DNA of 64,000 nucleotides from Acutalibacteraceae bacterium. GTDB lineage: Bacteria > Bacillota > Clostridia > Oscillospirales > Acutalibacteraceae. Below, in pieces: positions 8,031 to 17,523 of the stretch (position 1 is its first letter; each line of letters opens with the position of its first letter). The notes under the pieces were generated by a model. The model was not told where the DNA came from and did not search any database. It saw nothing but the letters and a program-made list of their open reading frames with translations. The DNA lies in the NCBI GenBank assembly GCA_045602785.1, contig JAZSCF010000049.1, forward strand, positions 487-64,486, in the 5' to 3' direction. The position numbers and the translations under genes are program-made.

Positions 8031-9096
8031 GGTTTGTATAATCGGTAGCGGTATGATAGCAAAAAGCGCTCACATACCCGCTTATAAAGAATATCCCGAA
8101 GATTTTTCAATAGTAGGTATATTTGATGTAAATAAGGAAGCTGCAAAAGAGGTTGCTAAAGAATTTGGTATTGAGAATGTATATACCGATGCTGAAACAA
8201 TGCTTAAAGAACAAAAGCCTGATTTGGTTTCGGTTTGTGCACCTAATATGTTCCATAAAACATACACATTGTTAGCGCTTAACTACGGTGCAAATGTTTT
8301 ATGTGAAAAGCCACTTGCTTTTACTTATGCGGATGCAAAAGAGATGTTTGATTTGGCTTCCGAAAAGGGCAAAACCCTTATGGCTTGCCAAAGCTTGCGT
8401 TTCTTACCTGAAAGATTAGCGGTATACGAACAGGTTAAAAATGGAAATGTTGGCGATGTTTACTATGCCGAGCTTTCAAGAATCCGCCGTAGAGGTATAC
8501 CCACTTGGGGTAAATTCCACTTAAAAGCGTTTAGCGGTGGCGGTGCACTTGTTGATATTGGTGTTCACGGTATAGATTCTGCTATTTGGCTTATGGGCAA
8601 CCCCGAACCACAAAGCGTTATCGCTAATATGAGCAAGGTTCACGCAAACGAACATGGCTCTGCCAAAAGCTCGGGCGCATTAAAGGATAATGTAACTGTT
8701 AATACTTTTGATCCTGAGCAAATGGATGTTGAATCTTTTTCAAGCGGTACAGTAAAATTCAAAAACGGCGCTGTGCTTTCGTTCAAGGTTTCTTGGGCAG
8801 CTAACTTGAAGGAAGAAAATAATATTGTTCTTTCAGGAAGCAACTGTGGTATTGATATGGAAAACCGCAAGATTTATTCAAATGCAGAAGATATTAATGA
8901 TTTAGCAGTTATTCCTAACGGCTTTAAGGATGAACCTTTTTATGGTCATTTTTGCATTGTTAAGAATATGTTAGATGTTTTAAAGGGTGTAGATGAACCG
9001 TTTATCAAACCCGAAGAAACACTTAATGTAACTGCAATACTTGAAGCGGCTTATAATTCGGCTGAGAAAGGCGAAGAGGTGGCTATTAATGTTTAG
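8023..9096 (+). CDS. Gfo/Idh/MocA family oxidoreductase
   Basis: VCIIGSGMIA Rossmann motif and CEKPLA motif. The start overlaps the preceding stop (ATGTTTAA). Confidence 0.85.
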   Translation: MFKVCIIGSGMIAKSAHIPAYKEYPEDFSIVGIFDVNKEAAKEVAKEFGIENVYTDAETMLKEQKPDLVSVCAPNMFHKTYTLLALNYGANVLCEKPLAFTYADAKEMFDLASEKGKTLMACQSLRFLPERLAVYEQVKNGNVGDVYYAELSRIRRRGIPTWGKFHLKAFSGGGALVDIGVHGIDSAIWLMGNPEPQSVIANMSKVHANEHGSAKSSGALKDNVTVNTFDPEQMDVESFSSGTVKFKNGAVLSFKVSWAANLKEENNIVLSGSNCGIDMENRKIYSNAEDINDLAVIPNGFKDEPFYGHFCIVKNMLDVLKGVDEPFIKPEETLNVTAILEAAYNSAEKGEEVAINV

Positions 9097-10186
9097 AGCA
9101 GTAATTATTGGTTTCGCACATATGCATGTTAATGAAATTGCAAAATATATTGATGAGTGTGAAGATTTTACACTTGTTGGTTTTGCAGATGTGCCTGCCG
9201 AAACCCCCGAAAAAACCGAAGCGAGATATACTCGTGCTTGGAATATTAAAAATAATGCAGAACTTTATAATATCACTCCACACGATGATTATAAAGCAAT
9301 GCTTGATGAGCTTAAACCCGATATTGCATTTATTCTTTGCGACAATGCTAATAAACCCGAGATTGTTGAAGAATGTGCTAAAAGGGGAGTTAATGTAAGC
9401 ATTGAAAAGCCTATGGCTGTAAGCTTAGAGGATGCGCTTAAGATTAAATCAAGTGTAGATAAATACGGCATTGAAGCAGTTGTAAACTGGCCTGTTATTT
9501 GGCGCCCGTTCTTACATAAACAAATTGCTGCGCTTGAAAGCGGTAAGTTTGGTAAGCTTATAAAAGCGTTTTATATTAACGGTCATACAGGTCCACTTGG
9601 TAAAGGCGCTAAGCATAGAGGCGTTACTGAAAAAGCACAGGAAATGACCGACCAAGAACGCGCATCTACTTGGTGGTATAAAAACGAAACAGGTGGCGGT
9701 GCATTTTTAGATATTGGCTGTTACGGTTGTTTCTTTAACGAATGGGTAAGGGATAACGATGATAAGCCGTTGTCGGTTATGGCATTCTCGGGCAATTATA
9801 ATCACCCTTATATGAACGCACCTGATAATATGGCAGGTATTATTGAATATAAAGATTCTTTTGGTGTTGTTGAAGGTACTTGGACTGTACCCCAGTCTTC
9901 TTTACCAAAGGGCCCTGTTTATATGTGCAGTGAAGGTGTTCTATTTTGCGATGAAAATATGGATGTAGTTGGTATGAATATTTATGGTGATAAGGTAGAA
10001 TTACCTGAATATGATATTCACCCTGCACTTAAGAATTTGCCTGACCATTATTCATATTGCAAAAAGACAGGTACACCACTATTAAAGACCGTAACTCTTG
10101 ATTTTAATATCCGCTTAATGCGACTTATTGATGCGGCTATGAAATCTGCTAAATCAGGTAAAAAAGAGATAGTTTGCGATGAATAA
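9089..10186 (+). CDS. Gfo/Idh/MocA family oxidoreductase (divergent)
   Basis: ATG 9089 (MFRAVIIGFAHMHV) overlaps the preceding stop (ATGTTTAG). Carries the SIEKPMA motif. The 9041 extension is unlikely. Confidence 0.75.
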   Translation: MFRAVIIGFAHMHVNEIAKYIDECEDFTLVGFADVPAETPEKTEARYTRAWNIKNNAELYNITPHDDYKAMLDELKPDIAFILCDNANKPEIVEECAKRGVNVSIEKPMAVSLEDALKIKSSVDKYGIEAVVNWPVIWRPFLHKQIAALESGKFGKLIKAFYINGHTGPLGKGAKHRGVTEKAQEMTDQERASTWWYKNETGGGAFLDIGCYGCFFNEWVRDNDDKPLSVMAFSGNYNHPYMNAPDNMAGIIEYKDSFGVVEGTWTVPQSSLPKGPVYMCSEGVLFCDENMDVVGMNIYGDKVELPEYDIHPALKNLPDHYSYCKKTGTPLLKTVTLDFNIRLMRLIDAAMKSAKSGKKEIVCDE

Positions 10187-10964
10187 AGCTGTGGTTGTAA
10201 ATATCCAAAGAGCTTCTGTACACGATGGCCCTGGGCTTCGTACTACTGTGTTTTTTAAAGGATGTCCTTTAAAATGCGCGTGGTGTCATAACCCCGAATC
10301 TATTGACCCTAAACCCCAAATTTTACACTATCCCGAAAAGTGCATTGGTTGCGGTTTATGTGAAGAAGGTTGCTTTTCGGGTGCTAAGGTTGTGTGTGGT
10401 AAGGAAATGACAGCAGAAGAAATATTTGCTGAAATTTTGCAAGATAAACCAAACTACGCTGGTAACGGCGGCGCTACCTTTTCGGGCGGTGAGCCGCTTA
10501 TTTACCCTAAAATTTTAAAAGAACTGATAACACTTTGCAAAAATAACGGAATTGGCACCGCTATTGAAACTTCGCTTTATCTTTTCGACCCGGAAATACT
10601 TAGTAGTGTTGATTTTGTTATGGCTGATTTTAAAATTTGGGATAACCACAAACACAAGCAATATACAGGTGTTAATAACGATATTATTAAGGAAAACTTT
10701 AAGCGGTTGGATGCACTTGGTACTCCTTTTATGGTTAGAACACCTATTATTCCTACAATTAACGATTCAGTTGATGAAATTGTAAAAATAAGAGATTTTA
10801 TAAAAGATTTTAAAAATATTGTGGATTATGAATTGTTACCATACCATTCACTTGGGGTGACAAAGCAAAAAGCTTTGGGAATTAGTGAAACGGTTTTCGA
10901 AATTCCCGAAAAAAGTAAAATGGAGTTGCTTAAGAGTTATGCTAACATTAAAGCAAAGAATTGA
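10179..10964 (+). CDS. Glycyl-radical enzyme activating protein (radical SAM)
   Basis: VHDGPGLRTTVFFKGCPLKCAWCHNPE (CxxxCxxC) plus a ferredoxin-like CIGCGLCEEGC and GGEPL. Confidence 0.9.
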   Translation: MNKAVVVNIQRASVHDGPGLRTTVFFKGCPLKCAWCHNPESIDPKPQILHYPEKCIGCGLCEEGCFSGAKVVCGKEMTAEEIFAEILQDKPNYAGNGGATFSGGEPLIYPKILKELITLCKNNGIGTAIETSLYLFDPEILSSVDFVMADFKIWDNHKHKQYTGVNNDIIKENFKRLDALGTPFMVRTPIIPTINDSVDEIVKIRDFIKDFKNIVDYELLPYHSLGVTKQKALGISETVFEIPEKSKMELLKSYANIKAKN

Positions 10965-13155
10965 TGCTATTCGTAAGACTAAGATAGACCATACACTAAT
11001 AAAGCGCGAACAAAACGGTTATACCGACCTTGATGATTTCGGCACAGTACCACTACCCGAAAATTATATAGTTAAGCCTTGGTATAACAGCGAAAACGGA
11101 AGTTTTTACGGGCTTGACGGTATGGCAGAAAACTTTTGTCGCGTAATGGATGCACACGCACCTTATGTGGACCCACTTGAGATGCTTTGTGGCAGATGGC
11201 GCGACATGCTTGTAAACTATCGCGGCGATATTCACTATATGCCTACTTGGAGAAAGGCACAACTTACTGAAGATGATTTTTCCGGTGTTACTGCTCAATG
11301 GAGTAAACGTTGGGATGAAAAGAGTTTTCCGTATGACCATTTAAAGCCTTTGCAAAAAAAATATAATATACAAACAGGTATTGATGGAGATGCCCATCTT
11401 GCTTGTGACTATACTATAGGCTTAAATTTAGGTTTTGGCGGTTTCCTTAGTAAAATAGAAAAGTACAGAAATATTAATCCCGACAAAAAGGATTTTTATG
11501 ATGCTGAGGAAAAGTGTGTTTTAGCTATTGTTCGTTTTATAGATAGACATATTGCTGAAATAGAAAAACAAATAGAGACTGAAACACGCCCCGAAATTAA
11601 GGAAAGCCTTGAAAAAATGCTTATTGTTAATAAAAACATAAGATTAGGCGCTCCTAAAACATTTTATGAAGCGTGTCAATGGGTAGCACATTTTAACTGT
11701 GCATCCCGTGTTTACACTCGCGATGGCGCAGGTTTTCAGCTTGATACCATACTTTTGCCGTATTATGAAAACGATGTTAAAAACGGCATTTTAGATGATG
11801 AAACGGCTAAGTTTTTAATCGCTAACCTTTTGCTTATTGACCCACATTATTATCAAATTTCGGGCGTGGACGTTGATGATAAGGATATAACAAATCATTT
11901 ATCTTACCTTATTCTTGAAGCGGCTGATATGATTGATATTTCCTGTAACTTAACCGTTCGTGTTCACGAAAACTGCGACAAAGCTTTCTTTGATAAGGCG
12001 GTTTATTACCTTTTGAAGAACAAAAACGGTTGGCCGCGTTTTTGTAGCGATAAAAATTTATGTGAAGGCTATATGAAAAACGGCATTTCTAAAGAGATTG
12101 CACGTAAGCGTATTGCTGTTGGTTGTAACTGGATGTGCGTTCCAGGAATAGAATTTCCTATGAACGACACTGTTAAAATTAACATTGCAAAGGTGCTTGA
12201 AAACGCTTTGGAAGATATGAAAGCAGAGCCTTTAAAGTCTACAAATAGACTTTTCGAGCTTTTTGAAGAGCATCTTAAAATAGCAACAGATGTAACTGCA
12301 CAAGGTATAAATCTTCATATAGACCATCAAGCAGAAGTAACACCCGAGCTTATTATGAATCTTATGATGGAGGATACACTCGAAAAAGGTCTTGATATTT
12401 CGCAGTGTGCAAAGCTTTATACAGTGGGCGTAGACGGTGCTGGGCTTGCCGTTGTTGCTGATAGCTTTGGTGCTTTGGAACTTCGCGTAGAAACTGAAAA
12501 GCTTCTTTCTTGGGATGAAGTTTACGAAAACCTACAAAACAATTTTGATGGTGTTAAGGGCGAGAGAACAAGACTTTTGCTTAATTCCACACCAAAGTAT
12601 TGCGGTGGTGATACTGTTTCGGATAAGTGGGCTAAAAAGATTACTGATATTTGGGTAAAAACAATTAAGGCTCAAGAAATGCCTGAGGGCAGACAGTTAG
12701 TTCCCGGTTGGTTTAGTTGGGCGCGTACTATTGAGTATGGTAAAGCAGTAGGTGCAACACCTAACGGCAGAAAAGCCTTTGAACCGATTTCACATGGCGC
12801 TAATCCAAATCCACATTTCAGAACAGACGGTGCGGTTACTGCGCAATCAAACGGTATTGCTGCAGTACAATGCGGTTACGGTAATACAGCACCATTGCAA
12901 ATTGAGTTTGACCCCAAGCTCGCTGATGACAGTAAGGGTGTTGAGGTTGTAGGTAACCTTGTTAAGAGCCATTTTGAACAGGGTGGTACACTAATAAACA
13001 TAAATGTTCTTGATACCGAAAAGCTTATGGAAGCACATAAAAACCCCGAAACACATCCCGATTTGGTTGTTCGTGTTACAGGCTTTACTGCTTATTTTGC
13101 AAGTTTGTCACCTGAATTTAGACAGCTTGTTGTTGAAAGATTTTTGACCGATTAG
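10939..13155 (+). CDS. Glycyl radical enzyme, PFL-like fold, divergent (738 aa)
   Basis: C-terminal glycyl radical motif VVRVTGFTAYF (Gly715), GATPNGR block and candidate Cys loop VGCNWMCVPG. ATG 10939 lies within ORF 10885..13155. Confidence 0.85.
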   Translation: MLTLKQRIDAIRKTKIDHTLIKREQNGYTDLDDFGTVPLPENYIVKPWYNSENGSFYGLDGMAENFCRVMDAHAPYVDPLEMLCGRWRDMLVNYRGDIHYMPTWRKAQLTEDDFSGVTAQWSKRWDEKSFPYDHLKPLQKKYNIQTGIDGDAHLACDYTIGLNLGFGGFLSKIEKYRNINPDKKDFYDAEEKCVLAIVRFIDRHIAEIEKQIETETRPEIKESLEKMLIVNKNIRLGAPKTFYEACQWVAHFNCASRVYTRDGAGFQLDTILLPYYENDVKNGILDDETAKFLIANLLLIDPHYYQISGVDVDDKDITNHLSYLILEAADMIDISCNLTVRVHENCDKAFFDKAVYYLLKNKNGWPRFCSDKNLCEGYMKNGISKEIARKRIAVGCNWMCVPGIEFPMNDTVKINIAKVLENALEDMKAEPLKSTNRLFELFEEHLKIATDVTAQGINLHIDHQAEVTPELIMNLMMEDTLEKGLDISQCAKLYTVGVDGAGLAVVADSFGALELRVETEKLLSWDEVYENLQNNFDGVKGERTRLLLNSTPKYCGGDTVSDKWAKKITDIWVKTIKAQEMPEGRQLVPGWFSWARTIEYGKAVGATPNGRKAFEPISHGANPNPHFRTDGAVTAQSNGIAAVQCGYGNTAPLQIEFDPKLADDSKGVEVVGNLVKSHFEQGGTLININVLDTEKLMEAHKNPETHPDLVVRVTGFTAYFASLSPEFRQLVVERFLTD

Positions 13156-13161
13156 TTAAAA

Positions 13162-13192
13162 ACGGAGTATAAGAGAATTTCTTATACTCCGT
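13162..13192. terminator. Bidirectional terminator between the GRE and the convergent AraC gene
   Basis: Perfect 12-bp stem acggagtataag/cttatactccgt. Confidence 0.85.
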
Positions 13193-13196
13193 AATT

Positions 13197-14024
13197 TTAT
13201 ATTGTTTTTATTGAATTTCTATAAATAGATGGCGCCACACCATATTCACGAGAAAAAATATTGCAAAAATGATTAGGATTTTCTATTCCAATTTCATTTG
13301 TTATTTCAGCGATTGACATATCAGTAAATGCAAGAAGTTCTGCCGCTTTTGTAAGGCGGAATTTTTTTATATATTTGTGAAGTGTAAGACCCGAATGGTG
13401 TTGTAAAACATTACTTAAATAAAACGAATGATAACCGAGTGCGTTGGCAACATCATCGTTTGATTTAATAGTTTTATAGTTGTTGGAAATATAATTTATA
13501 ATTTCATTGTAAAGGTGATTACCTTTTTGGTTTTTATATTCAGCAAGCTTTAATAATGCACATTTTAAGTACGATTCGGCAATTTCGTTAGCGTATATTG
13601 TATTTTTTTTGTACTCCTTTTCGGTGTTGATTAAAATTTCTTCAATAAATTGTGCATTAGGAATTACAAATGCTTCACGAAATAGCTCAATTTCACATTC
13701 GTTCTGTGAGAAAATTCCTAATTCATTAACAAATTTGTTGGATTTTATGGGTGTTAAGAAGTTTTGTATATGTTTGTTTTGGTGTGATAAGTCGAAGTTT
13801 ATAACAATGAATTTTAGCGGATTATCGCTTGAAGATAAGGGATAATATTCTATTCCCGTTGGACAGTAGCAAAAAGAACCTCTTGTAAGCGGGTAACGAT
13901 CATTTGCAAGTAATATTTCTCCTTCACCATCGAGAATATAAAATATTCTTAAATCGTAAGCCTTGGTTGGAAACTTGTTTGGCAGACAATCAGTTTTAGC
14001 TAAATATCGTATAAATAAATCCAT
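13197..14024 (-). CDS. AraC family transcriptional regulator, divergent from operon 2
   Basis: Cupin-like N-domain and C-terminal HTH (LHKYIKKFRLTKAAELL, FCNIFSREYGVAPS). Confidence 0.85.
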   Translation of the reverse strand: MDLFIRYLAKTDCLPNKFPTKAYDLRIFYILDGEGEILLANDRYPLTRGSFCYCPTGIEYYPLSSSDNPLKFIVINFDLSHQNKHIQNFLTPIKSNKFVNELGIFSQNECEIELFREAFVIPNAQFIEEILINTEKEYKKNTIYANEIAESYLKCALLKLAEYKNQKGNHLYNEIINYISNNYKTIKSNDDVANALGYHSFYLSNVLQHHSGLTLHKYIKKFRLTKAAELLAFTDMSIAEITNEIGIENPNHFCNIFSREYGVAPSIYRNSIKTI

Positions 14025-14175
14025 TTTTTAACTCCTTAAGTACTCATTGATTTAATTATATCACTAATTTAAACATTTTCAATAATAAATATTTGTTTTA
14101 GTGAGATTTTAATTTGATATGACTGTTTACTATAACGCAATTTAAAGGTAAAATATAATGGATGGGGTGTTATGA

Positions 14176-15189
14176 ATGAAATATTTGGTTGGATTACAAG
14201 TTAATAACGATGCTCTTATATCTGAAATAATTAAAAATAAAGAATCTATTAGCGAAGTATATTTTTCTTGGGGAGATTTTCCTAATGGAAGAAGCACCCT
14301 TGATACTACCGGCAGTCTTACATTATTTGAAATGCAACAGCTTATGGTTTCTAATTTAAATAAACTAATAGCTTCAGGCATTGATTTTAATTTATTATTA
14401 AATGCAAACTGCTATGGTGCAAATAGTCAGTCAAAAAGTTTTTTTAATAAAATAGGTAACACTCTCGATTATATTAAAACAAATTTTGGTTTAAAAGCAG
14501 TTACCACAACTTCGCCCTTAATTGCAAAGTTTGTAAAGCAAAATTTTCCGCAGCTAGAGGTTAGGGCTTCTGTAAATATGGAAATTGGTACAACTATTGG
14601 TATGGATTACATAGCAGATTTATTTGATAGTTTTTATCTTAAACGTGAATATAATAGAAACTTACAAATTGTTACTAAAGCAAGAGAGTGGTGTAATGCA
14701 AACGGTAAAAAGCTTTACGGACTTGCCAATAGTGGTTGCTTGAATTTTTGTTCTACCCATATTTTTCATGATAATTTAGTAGCACATGAAAGCGAAATTG
14801 CGGAAAAGGATAATGGATATCAGTTTGTTGGACAATGTTGGGATTATTTAAAGAAAGCAGAAAAACAAGAAAAATGGCTTTCGATTACAAATTTTATTCG
14901 CCCTGAGGATGTTTATTTATACGATGGCTTATTTGACGGATTAAAGCTTGCAACAAGGGTTAATAAAAATCCTGCTAAAATCATTCAATCGTATTGTAAT
15001 TCATCTTATAACGGTGCGATAACCGATTTGCTTGAGCCCAATCATTCAGGGGTATTTTATCCAAATGTTATTGATAATAAATCGATTTCGAAAGATTTCG
15101 CGCAAACGGTTCTTAAATGTTCGAAAAAGTGTGATGAGTGTAATTATTGCGATCAAATACAAAAAAATGCTACAGTTGTTTTAGAATAG
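14176..15189 (+). CDS. U32-peptidase-family-like protein (putative Fe-S TIM-barrel enzyme) with C-terminal CxxxCxxCxxC
   Basis: By-eye colinearity with U32 blocks (EVYFSWGDFPNGRS; FNLLLNAN; TTTSPLIAKFVKQNFPQLEVRASVN; YLKREYN; LANSGCLNFCS). C-terminal Cys315/319/322/325. Confidence 0.4.
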   Translation: MKYLVGLQVNNDALISEIIKNKESISEVYFSWGDFPNGRSTLDTTGSLTLFEMQQLMVSNLNKLIASGIDFNLLLNANCYGANSQSKSFFNKIGNTLDYIKTNFGLKAVTTTSPLIAKFVKQNFPQLEVRASVNMEIGTTIGMDYIADLFDSFYLKREYNRNLQIVTKAREWCNANGKKLYGLANSGCLNFCSTHIFHDNLVAHESEIAEKDNGYQFVGQCWDYLKKAEKQEKWLSITNFIRPEDVYLYDGLFDGLKLATRVNKNPAKIIQSYCNSSYNGAITDLLEPNHSGVFYPNVIDNKSISKDFAQTVLKCSKKCDECNYCDQIQKNATVVLE

Positions 15190-15200
15190 GAGTTTAAATT

Positions 15201-16283
15201 ATGCTTAGTAGTAAATTAATCAAAGAAGCAGCGCTTGCTGCAGGTGCCGATGTTTGCGGTATCGCGCCTATCAGTAGAATGAAGGGTGCTCCTGATGAAA
15301 TGAATCCAATGTTTCTATTCCCCGAAGCCAAAAGTATGATAGGATTTGTTTTTCGTATTCCACGTGGTGTTCAAAGGGGGATTGAAGAAGGAACTCAATT
15401 TTATCAGTATCCCTCTATGGCGTATGGTGGCATAAACGAGATTTTTGCCCCTGCAGTACTTTATAGCGTTGGCAAGGTTATAGAAGATAATGGTTATGAG
15501 GCGTTTGTATATAGAAATACAGGAGCCAGAGGCTGTGTTTCCGATATGGACGGCAGCGAGGGTAATACTCTTTCGCCTGAAGAACAAATTGAAGTAAACG
15601 AAAATGCCAAGACCTCTACCGCACATCATAGGAATGTGCAATTTACTCGCGCGACTAGGGAAGATAATGTTCCACCTGATTTACAGTTTCAGTTTAGATT
15701 AGCGGCTGTTGCTTGCGGCCTTGGTGAAATTGGTTGGAGTAAAATGCTATTAACACCCGAATTTGGTCCTTTACAGCGTGTGGCATTTATTTTTACTGAT
15801 GCAGAATTCGATGAATATGATGAAATGTATAACGGTGAGTCACTTTGCCGTAAGTGCGGTGCATGTGTCAGAGAATGCCCGGGCGGTTGTATTCCGGCAA
15901 TCAATTCGGGTAAAAAAATTACTGTTCAAATTGAAGACAAAATTTCTGAGTGGGGTGACATAGATATGTGGCGTTGCTATGCCTTTTATACCCACGCGGG
16001 AAGATACTATAACCCCTTTGTTCCTAAAGAAGTTTGGGATAAGAACGAGAACGGTGCGCTTGACTTAATGGAAGGTGTTACCAATATTGCTAATGAACAG
16101 GAAATTATGAAGGTTTATACTGCGCTTCAAAAATATTTTCCAAGCTGGGTTGGATACAATATGGCTAAATGTGGTGGTTGTATTAGAGCTTGCGTTTCTA
16201 TGCTTGAGAAAAAAGGCGGTTGTATGGAAGGACGTTTTAAAGAACCGTTAAGAACGAAAAAGGCTTGGAAGTTGGACAGATGA
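15201..16283 (+). CDS. QueG / reductive-dehalogenase superfamily Fe-S protein, paralogue 1 (360 aa)
   Basis: N-terminus LIKEAALAAGADVCGIA, CGLGEIGWSKMLLTPEFGPLQR block, CRKCGACVRECP ferredoxin motif and second Cys cluster KCGGCIRAC. Confidence 0.7.
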   Translation: MLSSKLIKEAALAAGADVCGIAPISRMKGAPDEMNPMFLFPEAKSMIGFVFRIPRGVQRGIEEGTQFYQYPSMAYGGINEIFAPAVLYSVGKVIEDNGYEAFVYRNTGARGCVSDMDGSEGNTLSPEEQIEVNENAKTSTAHHRNVQFTRATREDNVPPDLQFQFRLAAVACGLGEIGWSKMLLTPEFGPLQRVAFIFTDAEFDEYDEMYNGESLCRKCGACVRECPGGCIPAINSGKKITVQIEDKISEWGDIDMWRCYAFYTHAGRYYNPFVPKEVWDKNENGALDLMEGVTNIANEQEIMKVYTALQKYFPSWVGYNMAKCGGCIRACVSMLEKKGGCMEGRFKEPLRTKKAWKLDR

Positions 16284-16624
16284 TTGACATATCGAATTTT
16301 TGCGGCAAAGATTTTAAGGTTGTAACCGAAGCGGAAAAATGGAAAATAGGTTTTTTAAGATATTCCGATAGATTTTCAAAGTTTACTGCATTGGAACGGC
16401 ATTTGTTAACTGATGAAGCTTTTATTTTGCTAAAAGGCAAAGCGGTTCTTTATATCGAAAACGAAAATGGTGTTATAGTTAAGTATAAAATGAAAAAGCT
16501 ACAGGTATACAATGTTCGTGAAAAAGTGTGGCATCATATAACAGTTAGCAAAAATGCAACCGTAATGGTTGTAGAAAACCAAAACACAAGTAAGGAAAAT
16601 ACAGAAAGGCGGAGTCTAATATGA
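16280..16624 (+). CDS. Small cupin-fold protein (ERH motif, ureidoglycolate-lyase-like)
   Basis: ATG 16280 overlaps the paralogue 1 stop (ATGA). ALERHLLTDEAFILLKG and a beta-rich profile. Its stop overlaps the next start. Confidence 0.4.
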   Translation: MIDISNFCGKDFKVVTEAEKWKIGFLRYSDRFSKFTALERHLLTDEAFILLKGKAVLYIENENGVIVKYKMKKLQVYNVREKVWHHITVSKNATVMVVENQNTSKENTERRSLI

Positions 16625-17523
16625 ATCTTCTTACTAAAGAACAAATTAAAATAAAGGCTAAAGAATTAGGAGCCAGTGTATGTGGTGTTGGAAAGGTTTA
16701 TGAAGAGACTAACCCGCAGCGTGACCCTAAAATGATTTTACCAAATGCCAAATGTATTATTGGCTTTGGTTTTGCAGTACCAAAGGGATTATATCTTACA
16801 ATGGATATAAAATCTCAATACTATTCTTACACTTCAATGGGAGTTAAATATATCGACGAAGAAATGGCGGAGATATTTTTACTTAAAATAGGTGGTATAA
16901 TTGAAAACGAAGGTTACGATGCATGTCTTCAAAAAGCAATACCAAATCTTCGTATAAAGGGAGATACGACAACTAACCCAGAGGTAATGGATACATATGA
17001 GCTTATCCATGCACAAGCGGTAGAAGTCGGCAAGCCTGTACCTGACGTGATTATTGATTTTGGCAAGGCTGCCAAAGCTTGTGGCATTGGTGAAATGGGA
17101 CTTAGCGGTAAAATTATAAATAAAGATTATGGTCCTTTTATGCGTTACTGTTTTATTATTACGGATATGCCCTTAGAACCCGATGAAATAAAAAACGAAG
17201 TGATTTGTGATAATTGCGGTGAATGCATAAAGGCTTGCCCCGGTAATGCTATAAGTGATAACGGACTTGATACTTGGCAATGCGCTGTATACTATAAAGG
17301 TGCACATAAATCTAATCCCTTTATTACAGATGAATTTTTAAAGGGTAATCCCGAACGTGAAGCAATTCTTAACGGCGAAAAGCGTTTTGATGTTGAGAGC
17401 GCAAGAGAAATCTACAAAGAAATGAATTTCTTACCTAATACGCAATGGGGTTATGCACCTTGCCTTTGCGGTAAAAAATGCGATGTTGCTTGTTATAGGC
17501 ATTTGAAAGGGGAGTTGAAGTAA
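16621..17523 (+). CDS. QueG / reductive-dehalogenase superfamily Fe-S protein, paralogue 2 (300 aa)
   Basis: AKELGASVCGVG, CGIGEMGLSGKIINKDYGPFMRY, CDNCGECIKACPGNAIS and CLCGKKCDVAC. Confidence 0.7.
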   Translation: MNLLTKEQIKIKAKELGASVCGVGKVYEETNPQRDPKMILPNAKCIIGFGFAVPKGLYLTMDIKSQYYSYTSMGVKYIDEEMAEIFLLKIGGIIENEGYDACLQKAIPNLRIKGDTTTNPEVMDTYELIHAQAVEVGKPVPDVIIDFGKAAKACGIGEMGLSGKIINKDYGPFMRYCFIITDMPLEPDEIKNEVICDNCGECIKACPGNAISDNGLDTWQCAVYYKGAHKSNPFITDEFLKGNPEREAILNGEKRFDVESAREIYKEMNFLPNTQWGYAPCLCGKKCDVACYRHLKGELK

